Below, one piece after another: positions 19,201 to 30,633 of a stretch of DNA of 64,000 bases (position 1 is its first letter; each line of letters opens with the position of its first letter). A program made the position numbers and the translations under genes. The stretch is from an uncultured Acidobacteriota bacterium (GTDB lineage: Bacteria > Acidobacteriota > Vicinamibacteria > Vicinamibacterales > 2-12-FULL-66-21): the NCBI GenBank assembly GCA_963755695.1, contig CAVWLB010000010.1:1196328-1260327 (forward strand), in the 5' to 3' direction. The notes under the pieces are model-generated. The model did not search any database. It was given only the letters and a program-made list of their open reading frames with translations, and was not told the origin of the DNA.

Positions 19201-19761
19201 TTGCGTGTCGTTGCCGGTGAGTTCAGAAGCCGCCAGTTGAAGACGCCGACGTGGGAGGGGTTGCGGCCCACGTCCGACCGTTTGCGCGAGACGCTGTTCA
19301 ATGTGTTGGGGGCCTCCGTGATCGGGGCGCGCGTGCTCGATGGTTACGCGGGGACCGGCGCCATCGGGATCGAGGCGTTGAGCCGAGGCGCCGCGCACGT
19401 CACCTTTGTCGAGCGCGACCCGCGCGCCGTGCGATTGATCGAGGAGAACCTCGCGCGCGTGCTGTCCGCAACGCCGGCGGACGGAGAGCGCTATGCTATT
19501 ATCCGCGCGGGATTTGCCGATGCGGCCGGGCGAGGGCTGGGCGGCTTCGAGATTGTGGTGCTCGACCCACCGTATTCGGACCAGGCGGTCGGAGACGCGC
19601 TCGATGCCGCGGCGCGGATCGCCGGACCGGCGACCCGAGTCGTGATCGAACACGCGAAACGCTATACGTCACCGGCCGAACGCGCCGGCTTGCGGTTGTT
19701 GCGCACGGTCGTTTCCGGCGACAGCGCGTTGTCTTTCTTTGGGGCCGCTGATGAGCGCTGA
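19201..19761 (+). CDS. rsmD: 16S rRNA (guanine966-N2)-methyltransferase RsmD
   Basis: RPTSDRLRETLFNVLG and the VLDPPY motif. Confidence 0.85.
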   Translation: MRVVAGEFRSRQLKTPTWEGLRPTSDRLRETLFNVLGASVIGARVLDGYAGTGAIGIEALSRGAAHVTFVERDPRAVRLIEENLARVLSATPADGERYAIIRAGFADAAGRGLGGFEIVVLDPPYSDQAVGDALDAAARIAGPATRVVIEHAKRYTSPAERAGLRLLRTVVSGDSALSFFGAADER

Positions 19762-20257
19762 GGTCATTGCCATCTACCCGGGGTCGTTCGACCCATTGAC
19801 CAATGGCCACGTCGATATCATCGAGCGCGGCTCCGGGCTGTTCGACAAGATCGTGGTGGCGATCCTGGTGAACCTGGAGAAGTCGCCGCTCTTCACCGTG
19901 CCAGAACGGGTGGATATTGCGCGCAAGGTGTTCTCGACCTACTCCAACGTCGAAGTGGACACCTTCGATGGCCTGCTCGTCGATTACGCTCGGAGCCGCC
20001 GGGCGAGCGTCATCGTCCGCGGTCTGCGTGCCGTCTCCGATTTCGAGTACCAGATGCAGATGGCGCTCATGAACCGTCGCCTCAATCCCGAGGTCGAGAC
20101 GGTGTTCATGATGCCGGCCGAACCTTATACCTACGTGAGCTCGCGGCTGGTGAAGGAGGTCGTCGCGCTCGGCGGCTCGGTCACCGGCCTCGTGCCCACG
20201 GTCGTCGAAGATCGATTGCGCGAGAAGAAGCTCGCGCGACAAACCTTGAGGGCGTGA
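19751..20257 (+). CDS. coaD: phosphopantetheine adenylyltransferase
   Basis: IAIYPGSFDPLTNGHVDIIERG. ATG at 19751 lies within the 19739 ORF. Confidence 0.92.
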   Translation: MSAEVIAIYPGSFDPLTNGHVDIIERGSGLFDKIVVAILVNLEKSPLFTVPERVDIARKVFSTYSNVEVDTFDGLLVDYARSRRASVIVRGLRAVSDFEYQMQMALMNRRLNPEVETVFMMPAEPYTYVSSRLVKEVVALGGSVTGLVPTVVEDRLREKKLARQTLRA

Positions 20258-20262
20258 ACAAC

Positions 20263-21465
20263 ATGGCACTTTCAGCACGAACCAGGCGAATCGCGATGTC
20301 GCCGACCATGAAGGTGACGGCGGATGCGCTGCGCCTGAAGGCGCAGGGAGTCGACATCGTCGATTTCGGCGCCGGCGAACCGGATTTTCCGACCCCGCCG
20401 CACATCTCGGCCGCGGCGCACAAGGCGATCGACGCCAACTTCACGAAGTACACGACCAACTCCGGCACCGACGATCTCAAGCGCGCGATCGTCGAACGGT
20501 ATCGCGCCGACTACGGCGTCGAGTATTCCCCCGGCGAGGTGATCGTCACGGCCGGCGGCAAGCAGGCGCTGTTCAACGCCGCGATGTCGGTCTTCGAAGG
20601 CGGCGACGAGGTGATTACCCACGCGCCCGGCTGGCCGACGCTGGTCGAGCAGATCAAGATGGCCGACGCGACGCCGGTGATCGTGCGGTCGCACGCGGAG
20701 GATGGATTCAGCCTTCATGCGGAGGCGTTTCTGTCCGCGATCACGCCGCGCACGCGCGGCTTCATCATCAATTCGCCGGCCAACCCGACCGGAGCGCTGA
20801 TTGCGGAAGAGGATCTCACGGCGATCGCGCAGGAAGCGGCGCGCCGGAACCTCTGGATCCTGCTGGACCTCTGTTACGAGAAGCTGATCTACGACCCGGT
20901 GCCGCACAACCTGGTGGGTGTGCTGGCGAAATACAACCGTGAACGATCGATCCTGTGCGGCTCGGCGTCGAAGGCGTACGCCATGACCGGCTGGCGGTGC
21001 GGCTGGACGATCGCACCCAAGGAAATCGTGAGCGCATCGAACGCGCTTCAGAGCCACTCGACGTCGAACGTCTGTTCGATCAGTCAGAAGGCGACGGAGG
21101 CGGCGCTTCGGGGGGCGCAGTCCTGCGTCACGGAGATGCTCGACGAGTATCGGAGCCGTCGGGATCAACTCTTCGTCTGGCTCACCGCAGACCCCCGCAT
21201 CCGACTGACGAAGCCGGCCGGCGCGTTCTACATGTTCCCGGACGTGTCCGAGTTCCTGTCGCCGGACGGTATCCGTACATCCGCGGATCTGGCCACTGCG
21301 CTCTTGAACGACGCGCGCGTCGCCGTCACTCCGGGTGAGGCGTTCGACGCGCCCGGCTTCCTGCGTCTGTCTTACGCGACGTCCCTTCAGGAGCTTCGCC
21401 GCGGCACCGATCGGATTTTCGAGCTCCTGAACCGGGTCGCGGAGCCCCGCGCCGCGCGAACCTGA
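20263..21465 (+). CDS. PLP-dependent aminotransferase (aspartate aminotransferase-like, class I)
   Basis: PLP-lysine motif SASKAYAMTGWRCGW. About 400 aa. Confidence 0.88.
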   Translation: MALSARTRRIAMSPTMKVTADALRLKAQGVDIVDFGAGEPDFPTPPHISAAAHKAIDANFTKYTTNSGTDDLKRAIVERYRADYGVEYSPGEVIVTAGGKQALFNAAMSVFEGGDEVITHAPGWPTLVEQIKMADATPVIVRSHAEDGFSLHAEAFLSAITPRTRGFIINSPANPTGALIAEEDLTAIAQEAARRNLWILLDLCYEKLIYDPVPHNLVGVLAKYNRERSILCGSASKAYAMTGWRCGWTIAPKEIVSASNALQSHSTSNVCSISQKATEAALRGAQSCVTEMLDEYRSRRDQLFVWLTADPRIRLTKPAGAFYMFPDVSEFLSPDGIRTSADLATALLNDARVAVTPGEAFDAPGFLRLSYATSLQELRRGTDRIFELLNRVAEPRAART

Positions 21466-23439
21466 TGACGATCATCGTCAGCCGGTTGTCGGTCGCGATC
21501 GTTGCAGCCACGGTCACCGTCGCCGGTGCGGTATACGCTCAGCAGCCGCCCGATGCCATCAATCCGCCCGACAGCGTCGCCGCGGACGGCATTGCCCCAA
21601 TTCCCCGGAGCATCGTCGCGGAGGTCAGCCGGTACACGAACTTTCGACCGGCAACGTTCCAGGACTGGGATCCGAAGACGCGCCGCGTGCTGCTGACCAC
21701 CCGGTTCGGAGATACGAATCAACTTCATATCGCCGATCACCCGGGCGGGGCGCGTCACCAGATCACCTTTCTCGACGAGCCGGTGGCCGAAGGCACCTTC
21801 ACGCCGGCGGGCGACGCGATCATCTACCGCAGCGACGTCGGAGGCGGGGAGTTCTTTCAGTTCTATCACCTCGACCTGAAGACGCGCGTCAGCACGCTGC
21901 TGACCGACGGCAAATCACGAAACGAAGGACTCACCTGGTCGCGGAAGGGCGACCGCTTTGCCTACGCCTCGACCAGGCGCAACGGCCGGGACAACGACAT
22001 CTATGTCGCCGGTCCTGCCGATCCGGTTGCGCGCCATGTGCTGGCACTCGAGGGACAGGGCGCGTTCGACCCGCTGGACTGGTCGGCCGACGACCGGCGG
22101 CTCCTGGTCGAGGAATTCCTGTCGGTCGCCGAGAGCCGCCTGTGGGTCGTCGATCTGAATGGTGGTGCCAGGCAGCCGGTTGCGCCAAACCGCCGAGCCT
22201 CGGTACTCGGACGCCCAGTTCGCTGCTGACGGCACGTCGATCTACGCGGTCACCGACGACGAGTCGGAGTTCCTGCGGGTGGTCCGAATCGATCTCGCGA
22301 CAGGCGCGGCCACGCCGGTGTCGGCGCGGGTGAACTGGGACGTCGAAGCCGCGCGCCTGTCGGACGACGGGCGCACGCTGGCCTACATCACCAATGAAGA
22401 CGGGGTCTCCGTGCTTCACGTGCTGGACGTCGCCTCGGGAGCCGATCGCATCGCCAGCGATGTCCCCAAGGGAGTGATCGCCCGCCTGAAGTGGCACCCG
22501 AACAACGTGGATATCGGCTTCTCGTTGTCCTCCGCGCAGTCGGTGTCCGATGTCTATAGCGTCGACGCGAAGACACTTCGGGTCGAGAGGTGGACGCGCG
22601 GCGAGGGCGCGGTGGATCCGGCAACGTTCACCCAGCCAGAGCTGATTCACTGGAAGAGTTTCGACGGCCGGTCGATCTCCGGGTACCTGTATTCGCCACC
22701 GGCGAAGTTCGCTGGCAAGCACCCGGTCATCATCAACATCCACGGCGGCCCCGAAGGGCAGTCGCGACCGACGTTCATCAACCGGAACAATTACTACGTC
22801 GACGAGCTCGGGATCGCGATGATTTACCCGAACGTCCGCGGCTCGACCGGGTACGGCAAGTCATTTCTCGCGCTCGACAACGGCCTGAAACGTGAAGACT
22901 CGTACAAGGACATCAATGCGCTGTTCGACTGGATCGCGACGCGGCCCGATCTCGACGGGTCCCGGATCATGGTCACCGGCGGCAGCTACGGCGGATTCAT
23001 GACCCTGGCGATTGCGACGCACTACAACGACCGAATCGCCTGCTCTCTGTCGATTGTAGGGATCTCGAACCTGGTGACGTTCCTGGAGCGGACCGAGGCG
23101 TATCGACGCGATCTTCGCCGGGTAGAGTATGGGGACGAACGCGATCCGCAGGTGCGGGCGTTCATGGAACGAATCGCCGCGGTCAACAACGTGCGCAAAA
23201 TCACCAAGCCGCTGTTCGTCGTCTCGGGAAAAAACGATCCGCGCGTCCCGCTGAACGAGGGACAGCAGATGGTGACGGCCGCGCGTATGCAGCAGGCGCC
23301 GGTGTGGTACCTGGTCGGCAACGACGAAGGACACGGCTTTGCGAAGAAGAAGAACCAGGATTACCTGTTTTACGCGAGCATCGCCTTCGTCAAACAGTAC
23401 CTCCTCAAACAACCCCCGACCGACACCGCGCAACGGTAA
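21465..23439 (+). CDS. S9 family prolyl oligopeptidase with TolB-like propeller, frame broken once as sequenced (22159-22210)
   Basis: ORF 21465..22229 (..LWVVDLNGG) continues as ORF 22159..23439 (..YSDAQFAADGTSIY..). Nucleophile motif VTGGSYGG; C-terminal DEGHGF. Confidence 0.85.
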
Positions 23440-23443
23440 GCGG

Positions 23444-24829
23444 GTGGCTCTTCCCCCTGACTTTCTCCGCGGCCTCGAGCGCGTGGTTGGTGCCGACCAT
23501 GTTCGCACCGACCCTACGAGCCTCCAGACATACGGCACCGACGGCACCAAGCGTGGACATCCTCCCGATGTCGTTGTGTCTCCCGAAGGTTCCGATCAGA
23601 TTGCCGGCGTCGTGGCGCTGTGTGCGGAGCACAGCGTTCCGTTAGTGCCGCGTGGCGCAGGAACCGGATACACGGGCGGTGCGGTACCGCTGGAGGGGGG
23701 TGTTCTCCTTTCGCTCGAACGGATGAACCGTATTCTCGAAATCGACGAAGAGAACCTGATTGCCGTCGTCGAGCCGAACGTCATTACCGGAGATCTCCAG
23801 GCTGCGGTCGAACTGGTGGGGCTCTTCTATCCGCCCGACCCGGCGTCGCTGAAACAGTCTGCGATCGGCGGAAACGTGGCGGAGTGCGCAGGCGGGCCGC
23901 GCGCGTTCAAGTACGGCACCACGAAACAGTATGTGCTCGGTTTGGAGGCGGTGCTGCCGACCGGAGAGATCGTTCAGACCGGCGGGAAGGTCGTCAAGAA
24001 TGTGGTCGGCTACGATCTCACGCATTTGCTCGTGGGATCGGAAGGCACGCTGGCGATCATCACGAAGATAGTGCTGCGCCTGGTACCGAAACCGCCAGTC
24101 CAGTCGGCGCTCCGCGCGACCTTTCGGACCATCAGCGACGCCGCACATGCCGTTACCGAGATCATTCGCGAGCGGGTCGTACCCGCCGCCGTCGAGCTGA
24201 TCGATCGAGATTCGCTGGATGCGGTGGCGCGCTACCTCGGCGTGCGATCGCTGGCGCCTGAAGACACCGGCGCGTTGCTGCTCCTCGAAGTCGACGGTCT
24301 TGCGGAAGCGGTGACGGAAGAGGCTGCCCGGGTCGACCGCGCGTGCCGGCGCGCCGGTGCCACCGAAGTCCTGCGGGCGCGTGATGAAGCCGAGCGCCAG
24401 GAGCTCTGGAGGGTGCGCCGCGAGATCTCGCCGTCACTCAAAACCATCACGCCAATCAAGTTCAATCACGACGTCGTGGTTCCCAAGGGTCGGGTCCCAC
24501 AGCTCTTCGAGCTGGTCGAGCGCCTCAAGTCGGACTACCGGCTGCGCATCCCGTGCTTCGGCCACGCTGGGGACGGCAACATCCACGTCAACATCATGGT
24601 CAACGACGTGGACGAGGAGATCCGCCGCGCCCACGAAGCGGAGCGCGTGCTCTTCGAAGGGGTCGTGGCACTCGAAGGGTCAATCAGCGGCGAGCACGGA
24701 ATCGGCTACGCGAAGTCGAAATTCCTGCCGATCGAATTGTCGGCTGACGAGATCGCATTGATGCAACGGATCAAGCGGGCGTTCGACCCGCAGGGTATCC
24801 TGAATCCGGGGAAAATCTTCCCTCAATAG
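23444..24829 (+). CDS. FAD-linked oxidase (GlcD-like)
   Basis: FAD_binding_4 N-terminus (VPLVPRGAGTGYTGGAVP) and C-terminal GSISGEHGIGYAK. GTG start at 23444, just after the upstream stop. Confidence 0.85.
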   Translation: MALPPDFLRGLERVVGADHVRTDPTSLQTYGTDGTKRGHPPDVVVSPEGSDQIAGVVALCAEHSVPLVPRGAGTGYTGGAVPLEGGVLLSLERMNRILEIDEENLIAVVEPNVITGDLQAAVELVGLFYPPDPASLKQSAIGGNVAECAGGPRAFKYGTTKQYVLGLEAVLPTGEIVQTGGKVVKNVVGYDLTHLLVGSEGTLAIITKIVLRLVPKPPVQSALRATFRTISDAAHAVTEIIRERVVPAAVELIDRDSLDAVARYLGVRSLAPEDTGALLLLEVDGLAEAVTEEAARVDRACRRAGATEVLRARDEAERQELWRVRREISPSLKTITPIKFNHDVVVPKGRVPQLFELVERLKSDYRLRIPCFGHAGDGNIHVNIMVNDVDEEIRRAHEAERVLFEGVVALEGSISGEHGIGYAKSKFLPIELSADEIALMQRIKRAFDPQGILNPGKIFPQ

Positions 24830-24837
24830 GAGGCTTC

Positions 24838-25500
24838 ATGCGCTCGATCATCCTGGGCGTGCTGACGGCGGTGGCAATGTCGATGGCTCAGCAACACCCC
24901 GCGCAGCACGACCCCGGCAAGGTGATAAAGGGTAGCGGCAAGCTGCCGACAGGCTGGGAGGGCAGGCTGGACGACGCGGCGGCAAAGCTCGACGCCGTGG
25001 TGTTCATGGAAGACAAAGGCACGCTCACCTTCACCACCGGCCCCGCCGGCATCTACTACAAGCCAGCGATGAGGGGCAGCGGCGACTACGACGTCAGCGG
25101 CACGTTCTCGCAGACGAAACCATCCACTCACCCCGAAGCCTACGGCCTCTTCATCGGCGGCAGCGATCTCGATAAGGACAACCAGCGCTATACCTATTTC
25201 CTGATCCGACAAGACGGGAAGTACCTGATCAAGTCGCGCGACGGGGCGACAACGAAGCCGATCGTGAACTGGACCACTGCCGCGCCGATGAAGGACGCGA
25301 ACGTCGCCAAGGCCGGTTTCAAGACCAGCAACGAGCTGGCGGTACATGTCAAAGGGAGCAAGGTGTCGTTCCTGATCGGCGGCACGCAGGTGCACGAACT
25401 GCCGCGGACGCAAGTCTCCACCGAGGGGATCGCCGGGATCCGAATCAATCACAACCTCGAGGTGCAGGTGACTGGGTTCGATGTGAAGAAGGGAAGCTAG
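24838..25500 (+). CDS. hypothetical exported protein (possibly a DUF1080/LamG-like jelly roll)
   Basis: 220-aa ORF with SD AGGAGG, a signal peptide and a beta-rich sequence. The family call is tentative. Confidence 0.55.
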   Translation: MRSIILGVLTAVAMSMAQQHPAQHDPGKVIKGSGKLPTGWEGRLDDAAAKLDAVVFMEDKGTLTFTTGPAGIYYKPAMRGSGDYDVSGTFSQTKPSTHPEAYGLFIGGSDLDKDNQRYTYFLIRQDGKYLIKSRDGATTKPIVNWTTAAPMKDANVAKAGFKTSNELAVHVKGSKVSFLIGGTQVHELPRTQVSTEGIAGIRINHNLEVQVTGFDVKKGS

Positions 25501-25557
25501 GTCGGACTGGCAGGACCATCTCTCGGAGGCTGGCCGCTCTTCAGCACGGGCATCCGG

Positions 25558-26679
25558 CTACAGCGTGCGCAACCGCCGGCTACCCGGGAGGAACGGCGTC
25601 GACGTGAGTTGCCCGGCAAACTGCGCTCCCCATCGCCCGGGAATCGAGGTGCCGCATGTCGGACAGTTGCCGGTCGCGGTTATCCGGTAGCTCCGGATGT
25701 AGTATCCGAACCGTTCGACGAGCAGCGTCGAGCAGTGGTGGCAGCGGGTGTGCTCGAGATCGCCTACCTGTCCCGGCAGGTTTCCCGCATAGACGTACTT
25801 GAGACCCGCCGCCCCTCCAATCTGCGCCGCCCGCACGAGCATCTCCGGCGTGGTGTTGTCCGGATCGTTCATGCGGTAATCCTTGTGAAACGCCGTGACG
25901 TGCCAGGGAATGTACGGAGAGACAGACACCAGAAAGGCCGTGAGCCGCTGCAGTTCGTCTTCGTCGTCGTTGAATCCAGGGATCAGCAGGGTCACGATTT
26001 CGAGCCAGATTCCCATCTGGTGCAGTGCGCGGATCGTGTAGAGGATCGGGTCGATGCGGCCGCCGAGCTGACGATAGTGGCGGTCGTCGAAGCTTTTCAG
26101 ATCCACCTTGTAGAGATCGACCCATGGCTTGATGTAGTTCAGAACGCGTGGCGTACCGTTGCCGTTCGACACGTAGGCGGTAAGGAGTCCTGCGGCGCGC
26201 GCTTCGCGGAAGATGGCAACCGCCCATTCGCTGGTGATCAGCGGCTCGTTGTAGGTCGAAACGACGACGCGTGCACCGAGACGAACGGCATCCGAGACGA
26301 GGGCCCTGGGCGTGGTCTCGAGTGGCGGTGACACCGCGGTGGGATCGCGCAGCGCCTGGGAGGTCACCCAGTTCTGGCAGTAGGAGCAGTGCAGATCGCA
26401 TCCCAGCATGCCGAAGCTGTAGGCGAGCGCGCCGGGATGGGCATGGAAGAAGGGCTTCTTCTCAATCGGGTCGCACTGCACGCCGCCGACATAACCCCAT
26501 GGCACGTGCAGGTGTCCACCCTTGTTGAAGCGCACCTTGCACACGCCGACGGCACCGTCAGGAATCGGGCATTCGTGGCCGCACGCGTAGCAGCGAATTC
26601 GTTCCTTGGAGATCTTCTCGACGAGCTCGGCCGCGGCCTCGACCGTGCGGACCTCGAGCACCTCTGCGAGCGACGCCAT
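25558..26679 (-). CDS. AmmeMemoRadiSam-type radical SAM enzyme
   Basis: N-terminal Cys cluster (CYACGHECPIPDGAVGVCKVR) and radical SAM CX3CX2C (GCDLHCSYCQNW). Confidence 0.8.
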   Translation of the reverse strand: MASLAEVLEVRTVEAAAELVEKISKERIRCYACGHECPIPDGAVGVCKVRFNKGGHLHVPWGYVGGVQCDPIEKKPFFHAHPGALAYSFGMLGCDLHCSYCQNWVTSQALRDPTAVSPPLETTPRALVSDAVRLGARVVVSTYNEPLITSEWAVAIFREARAAGLLTAYVSNGNGTPRVLNYIKPWVDLYKVDLKSFDDRHYRQLGGRIDPILYTIRALHQMGIWLEIVTLLIPGFNDDEDELQRLTAFLVSVSPYIPWHVTAFHKDYRMNDPDNTTPEMLVRAAQIGGAAGLKYVYAGNLPGQVGDLEHTRCHHCSTLLVERFGYYIRSYRITATGNCPTCGTSIPGRWGAQFAGQLTSTPFLPGSRRLRTL

Positions 26680-26685
26680 CTTACC

Positions 26686-26691
26686 AATATA
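26686..26691 (-). promoter_or_regulatory. -10 box TATATT 6 nt upstream of the ATG at 26679 (leaderless-type)
   Basis: Minus strand reads gtcTATATTggtaagATG. Confidence 0.3.
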
Positions 26692-26785
26692 GACTGAAGA
26701 CTGCAGATTGAAGATTAAAGACTGAAGCTTGGAGATTGAAGATCAAACACTGAAGACTGGAGATTGGAGCCTCCTGCCTTCTGTC
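26690..26785. repeat. GAAGATT/GAAGACT-family heptamer array, direct only
   Basis: agactgaagactgcagattgaagattaaagactgaagcttggagattgaagatcaaacactgaagactggagattggag. Confidence 0.8.
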
Positions 26786-26793
26786 CTTCATAG

Positions 26794-27171
26794 ATGACTT
26801 CGATGAAGACCGTCGCCATTATCGGCGCCTCATCAAATCGGGGGAAATACGGCAACAAGGCGCTTCGCGCGTTCGAGCAGCAGGGCTTTCACGTACTCGC
26901 GATCAACCCGAACGAGCGGGAAGTCGAGGGCCATCGAACCTATCCGTCGGTCCTCGATGTGCCGGGGGCGATCGACATGGCAACCGTCTACGTGCCGCCC
27001 CACATCGGCGTGCGGGTGATGGAAGATCTCGCGAAAAAGGGTATTCCCGAAGTGTGGTTGAATCCCGGCGCAGATGGCCCGGAAGTGATCGAACGTGCGC
27101 GCGTGCTGGGTATCAAACCGATCCTCGCCTGCAGCATCATCGGTATCGGCGACTCACCTGGACGTTACTAG
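26794..27171 (+). CDS. CoA-binding domain protein (YccU-like)
   Basis: KTVAIIGASSNRGKYGNKA..VLAINPN..TYPSVLDVPG pattern. Confidence 0.85.
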   Translation: MTSMKTVAIIGASSNRGKYGNKALRAFEQQGFHVLAINPNEREVEGHRTYPSVLDVPGAIDMATVYVPPHIGVRVMEDLAKKGIPEVWLNPGADGPEVIERARVLGIKPILACSIIGIGDSPGRY

Positions 27172-27189
27172 CGGCGCAATCGGCTGTAT

Positions 27190-27218
27190 TTGACAGGACC
27201 CTGTGCCAGTCCTATACT
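27190..27218 (+). promoter_or_regulatory. near-consensus sigma-70 promoter for rho
   Basis: TTGACA (27190-27195), exactly 17 nt spacer, TATACT (27213-27218). Predicts a ~125-nt leader before the rho ATG. Confidence 0.6.
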
Positions 27219-27349
27219 CCGGTTCAACGAGACAGACTTCCTTCACAAATGAGGTCCCCCCGCGACCTCGCTGACGCCGCGGTCGGCGACCGTTGAATCA
27301 ACCCGTAATTTCAGCATCGTAACAACCACCTAAAACGCCAGTAGTGACC

Positions 27350-28828
<1,479 letters not shown>

Positions 28829-28829
28829 A

Positions 28830-28960
28830 AGTGAAGACTGAAGATTGAAGATTGCAGATTGGAATTGAAGACTGACGACTGACGACTGACGATTGACGAC
28901 TGACGATTGACGATTGAAGATTGACGATTGACGACTGAAGAAGGAAGTACTCTGCGTTCG
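28830..28960. repeat. GAAGATT then GACGACT/GACGATT heptamer array, direct only
   Basis: gaagactgaagattgaagattgcagatt..gactgacgactgacgactgacgattgacgactgacgattgacgattgaagatt..; begins right after the rho stop. Confidence 0.9.
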
Positions 28961-28990
28961 GTACTTCGGCCTTCCGTCCTCGCTTACCGG

Positions 28991-29440
28991 TCATCCCTCG
29001 CAGTTTCCTCCGACCAGCTGGATCGACGACATGTCGAGCACGACTACGTTTTCTGCTGGATCGGCCGCTGTCGTCGGACCGGGGGCGGTGCCGTTGGTCC
29101 CACCGCCGACGGTGACGCGGCCGCCCTTGAAGCGCAGGCCCGGTTCGATCAGCGCCGACTTCTTGATCAAACCGGTGACCTCGACCCGCTGCTTGTCGTT
29201 GTTCTTCACGGTTTCGATCAAGTCCTTCTTGCCCTGCAGCCTGAACGCATGATTGCGGACCACCGGTCCGCTCTGCACGTCGGTCTGCCGCACGTCGGAT
29301 GCCACCAGCACCCGCTTGTTCAGGCACCCCGTGATCGTGACTTCGAGGGAGTCGTTGGGAATCTTCGGACGCTCCTGTTCCTGCTGGGCAGCAAGCGGCG
29401 CCACCGCGATGAAACAGGCGAAAAGAAGTCTGGGCGTCAT
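28991..29440 (-). CDS. hypothetical exported protein
   Basis: ATG at 29440 is preceded by GGAGGA. Signal peptide MTPRLLFACFIAVAPLAAQ. The 243-aa ORF-track extension is upstream read-through. Confidence 0.6.
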   Translation of the reverse strand: MTPRLLFACFIAVAPLAAQQEQERPKIPNDSLEVTITGCLNKRVLVASDVRQTDVQSGPVVRNHAFRLQGKKDLIETVKNNDKQRVEVTGLIKKSALIEPGLRFKGGRVTVGGGTNGTAPGPTTAADPAENVVVLDMSSIQLVGGNCEG

Positions 29441-29558
29441 CGTTCCTCCGGCGTTCGGCAGGTACTTTGACGATATCACGATCCGGTGGGCGGCCCGGGC
29501 GGTGGTACACTCGCAATGACCGCGTGCCCTGGCCCCCCGCGCGCGTCGGAGCGCTGCC

Positions 29559-30347
29559 ATGCCGCGCCGGCGGGTGCTGGTCTCCATTCTCTCGGGCGTT
29601 CTCCTGCTTCCTGCGGTGTGCGCCTTCGGCCAGCGGTGGATGACGAGCGGCGTGGACGTGCCAGTCGATCCGCCGCCTGCCGACGACGGCCGCTTCGTGT
29701 TCGCCCGCCTGCGCTTCACCACGGGACCTGGCGGTTACTACTTCCGCGGCCTTCCGGCCTGGGCCCATGGCTACTACGGCGGCGGCGAGGGACGGCGAGC
29801 GGAACGGAGCCTCGTCAAGATCCTCAACAGCGTCACGAACATGAACCCGCACATCGACGGCTCGCGCGTGGTCGACGTGGGTGACCCCGACCTGTTCCGC
29901 TATCCGGTCGTGTATGCCACCGAGCCGGGCTACATGTCGCTCGACGACCACGAAACCCGCGCCCTTCACGACTACATGTTCAAGGGCGGATTCGTCATTT
30001 TCGACGACTTCCGTGGACCGTACGACTGGGAAAATTTTCGCGAGACGATGGAGCGCGTGCTGCCGGGCGAACAGCCGGTGGCGCTCACGCTCGATCATCC
30101 GATCTTCCATGCGTTCTTCGATATCCCAACACTGAACTTCGTCCAGTACCTACGATCGCGGTACCCGACCTTTTACGGCATGTTCCCGCACAACGACGCC
30201 TCGAAGCCGCTCCAATTGATCGCGAACTTCAACAACGACGTCTCCGAGTACTGGGAATACTCGGACACCGGCTTCACGGCAATCGATCTCTCGAACGAAG
30301 CCTATAAACTCGGAGTGAACTATGTCATCTACGCGATGACCCACTAG
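29559..30347 (+). CDS. DUF4159-like protein
   Basis: 262-aa ORF (..FARLRFTTG..YPVVYATEPGYMSLDDHETRALHDYMFKGGFVIFDDF..) matching my memory of DUF4159. Confidence 0.7.
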   Translation: MPRRRVLVSILSGVLLLPAVCAFGQRWMTSGVDVPVDPPPADDGRFVFARLRFTTGPGGYYFRGLPAWAHGYYGGGEGRRAERSLVKILNSVTNMNPHIDGSRVVDVGDPDLFRYPVVYATEPGYMSLDDHETRALHDYMFKGGFVIFDDFRGPYDWENFRETMERVLPGEQPVALTLDHPIFHAFFDIPTLNFVQYLRSRYPTFYGMFPHNDASKPLQLIANFNNDVSEYWEYSDTGFTAIDLSNEAYKLGVNYVIYAMTH

Positions 30348-30390
30348 GATTTGGTGATTTGGTGATTTGGGGATTTGGTGATTGCAGGTC
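30345..30390. repeat. tandem GGTGATTT x ~5
   Basis: ggatttggtgatttggtgatttggggatttggtgatt. The reverse-complement array is at 42283-42326. Confidence 0.85.
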
Positions 30391-30519
30391 GTCGGTTCGT
30401 TTCGTAATTCCACGGCGAAAATCGTAATCTCGTCCAGTCTGTCCCGCTGGGCCTGTCTTGCTGGCCGCGTGTGCGCGCCCGGCCCCGCGCTTGCTCCGTC
30501 CACCTCGAACCCTGAACCA

Positions 30520-30633
30520 AGAACTTGAACCCGGACCTCGGATCTCGAATTTCGGACCTCGAACCTCGGATCTCGGACCTCGAACCTCGGACCTCGAACC
30601 TCGGACCTCGGACCTCGGACCTCGGACCTCGAC
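30520..30633. repeat. tandem heptamer array ACCTCGG/ACCTCGA (reverse complement of the 18967-19135 unit)
   Basis: cggacctcggatctcgaatttcggacctcgaacctcggatctcggacctcgaacctcggacctcgaacctcggacctcggacctcgg...; abuts the ATG at 30634. Confidence 0.9.
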
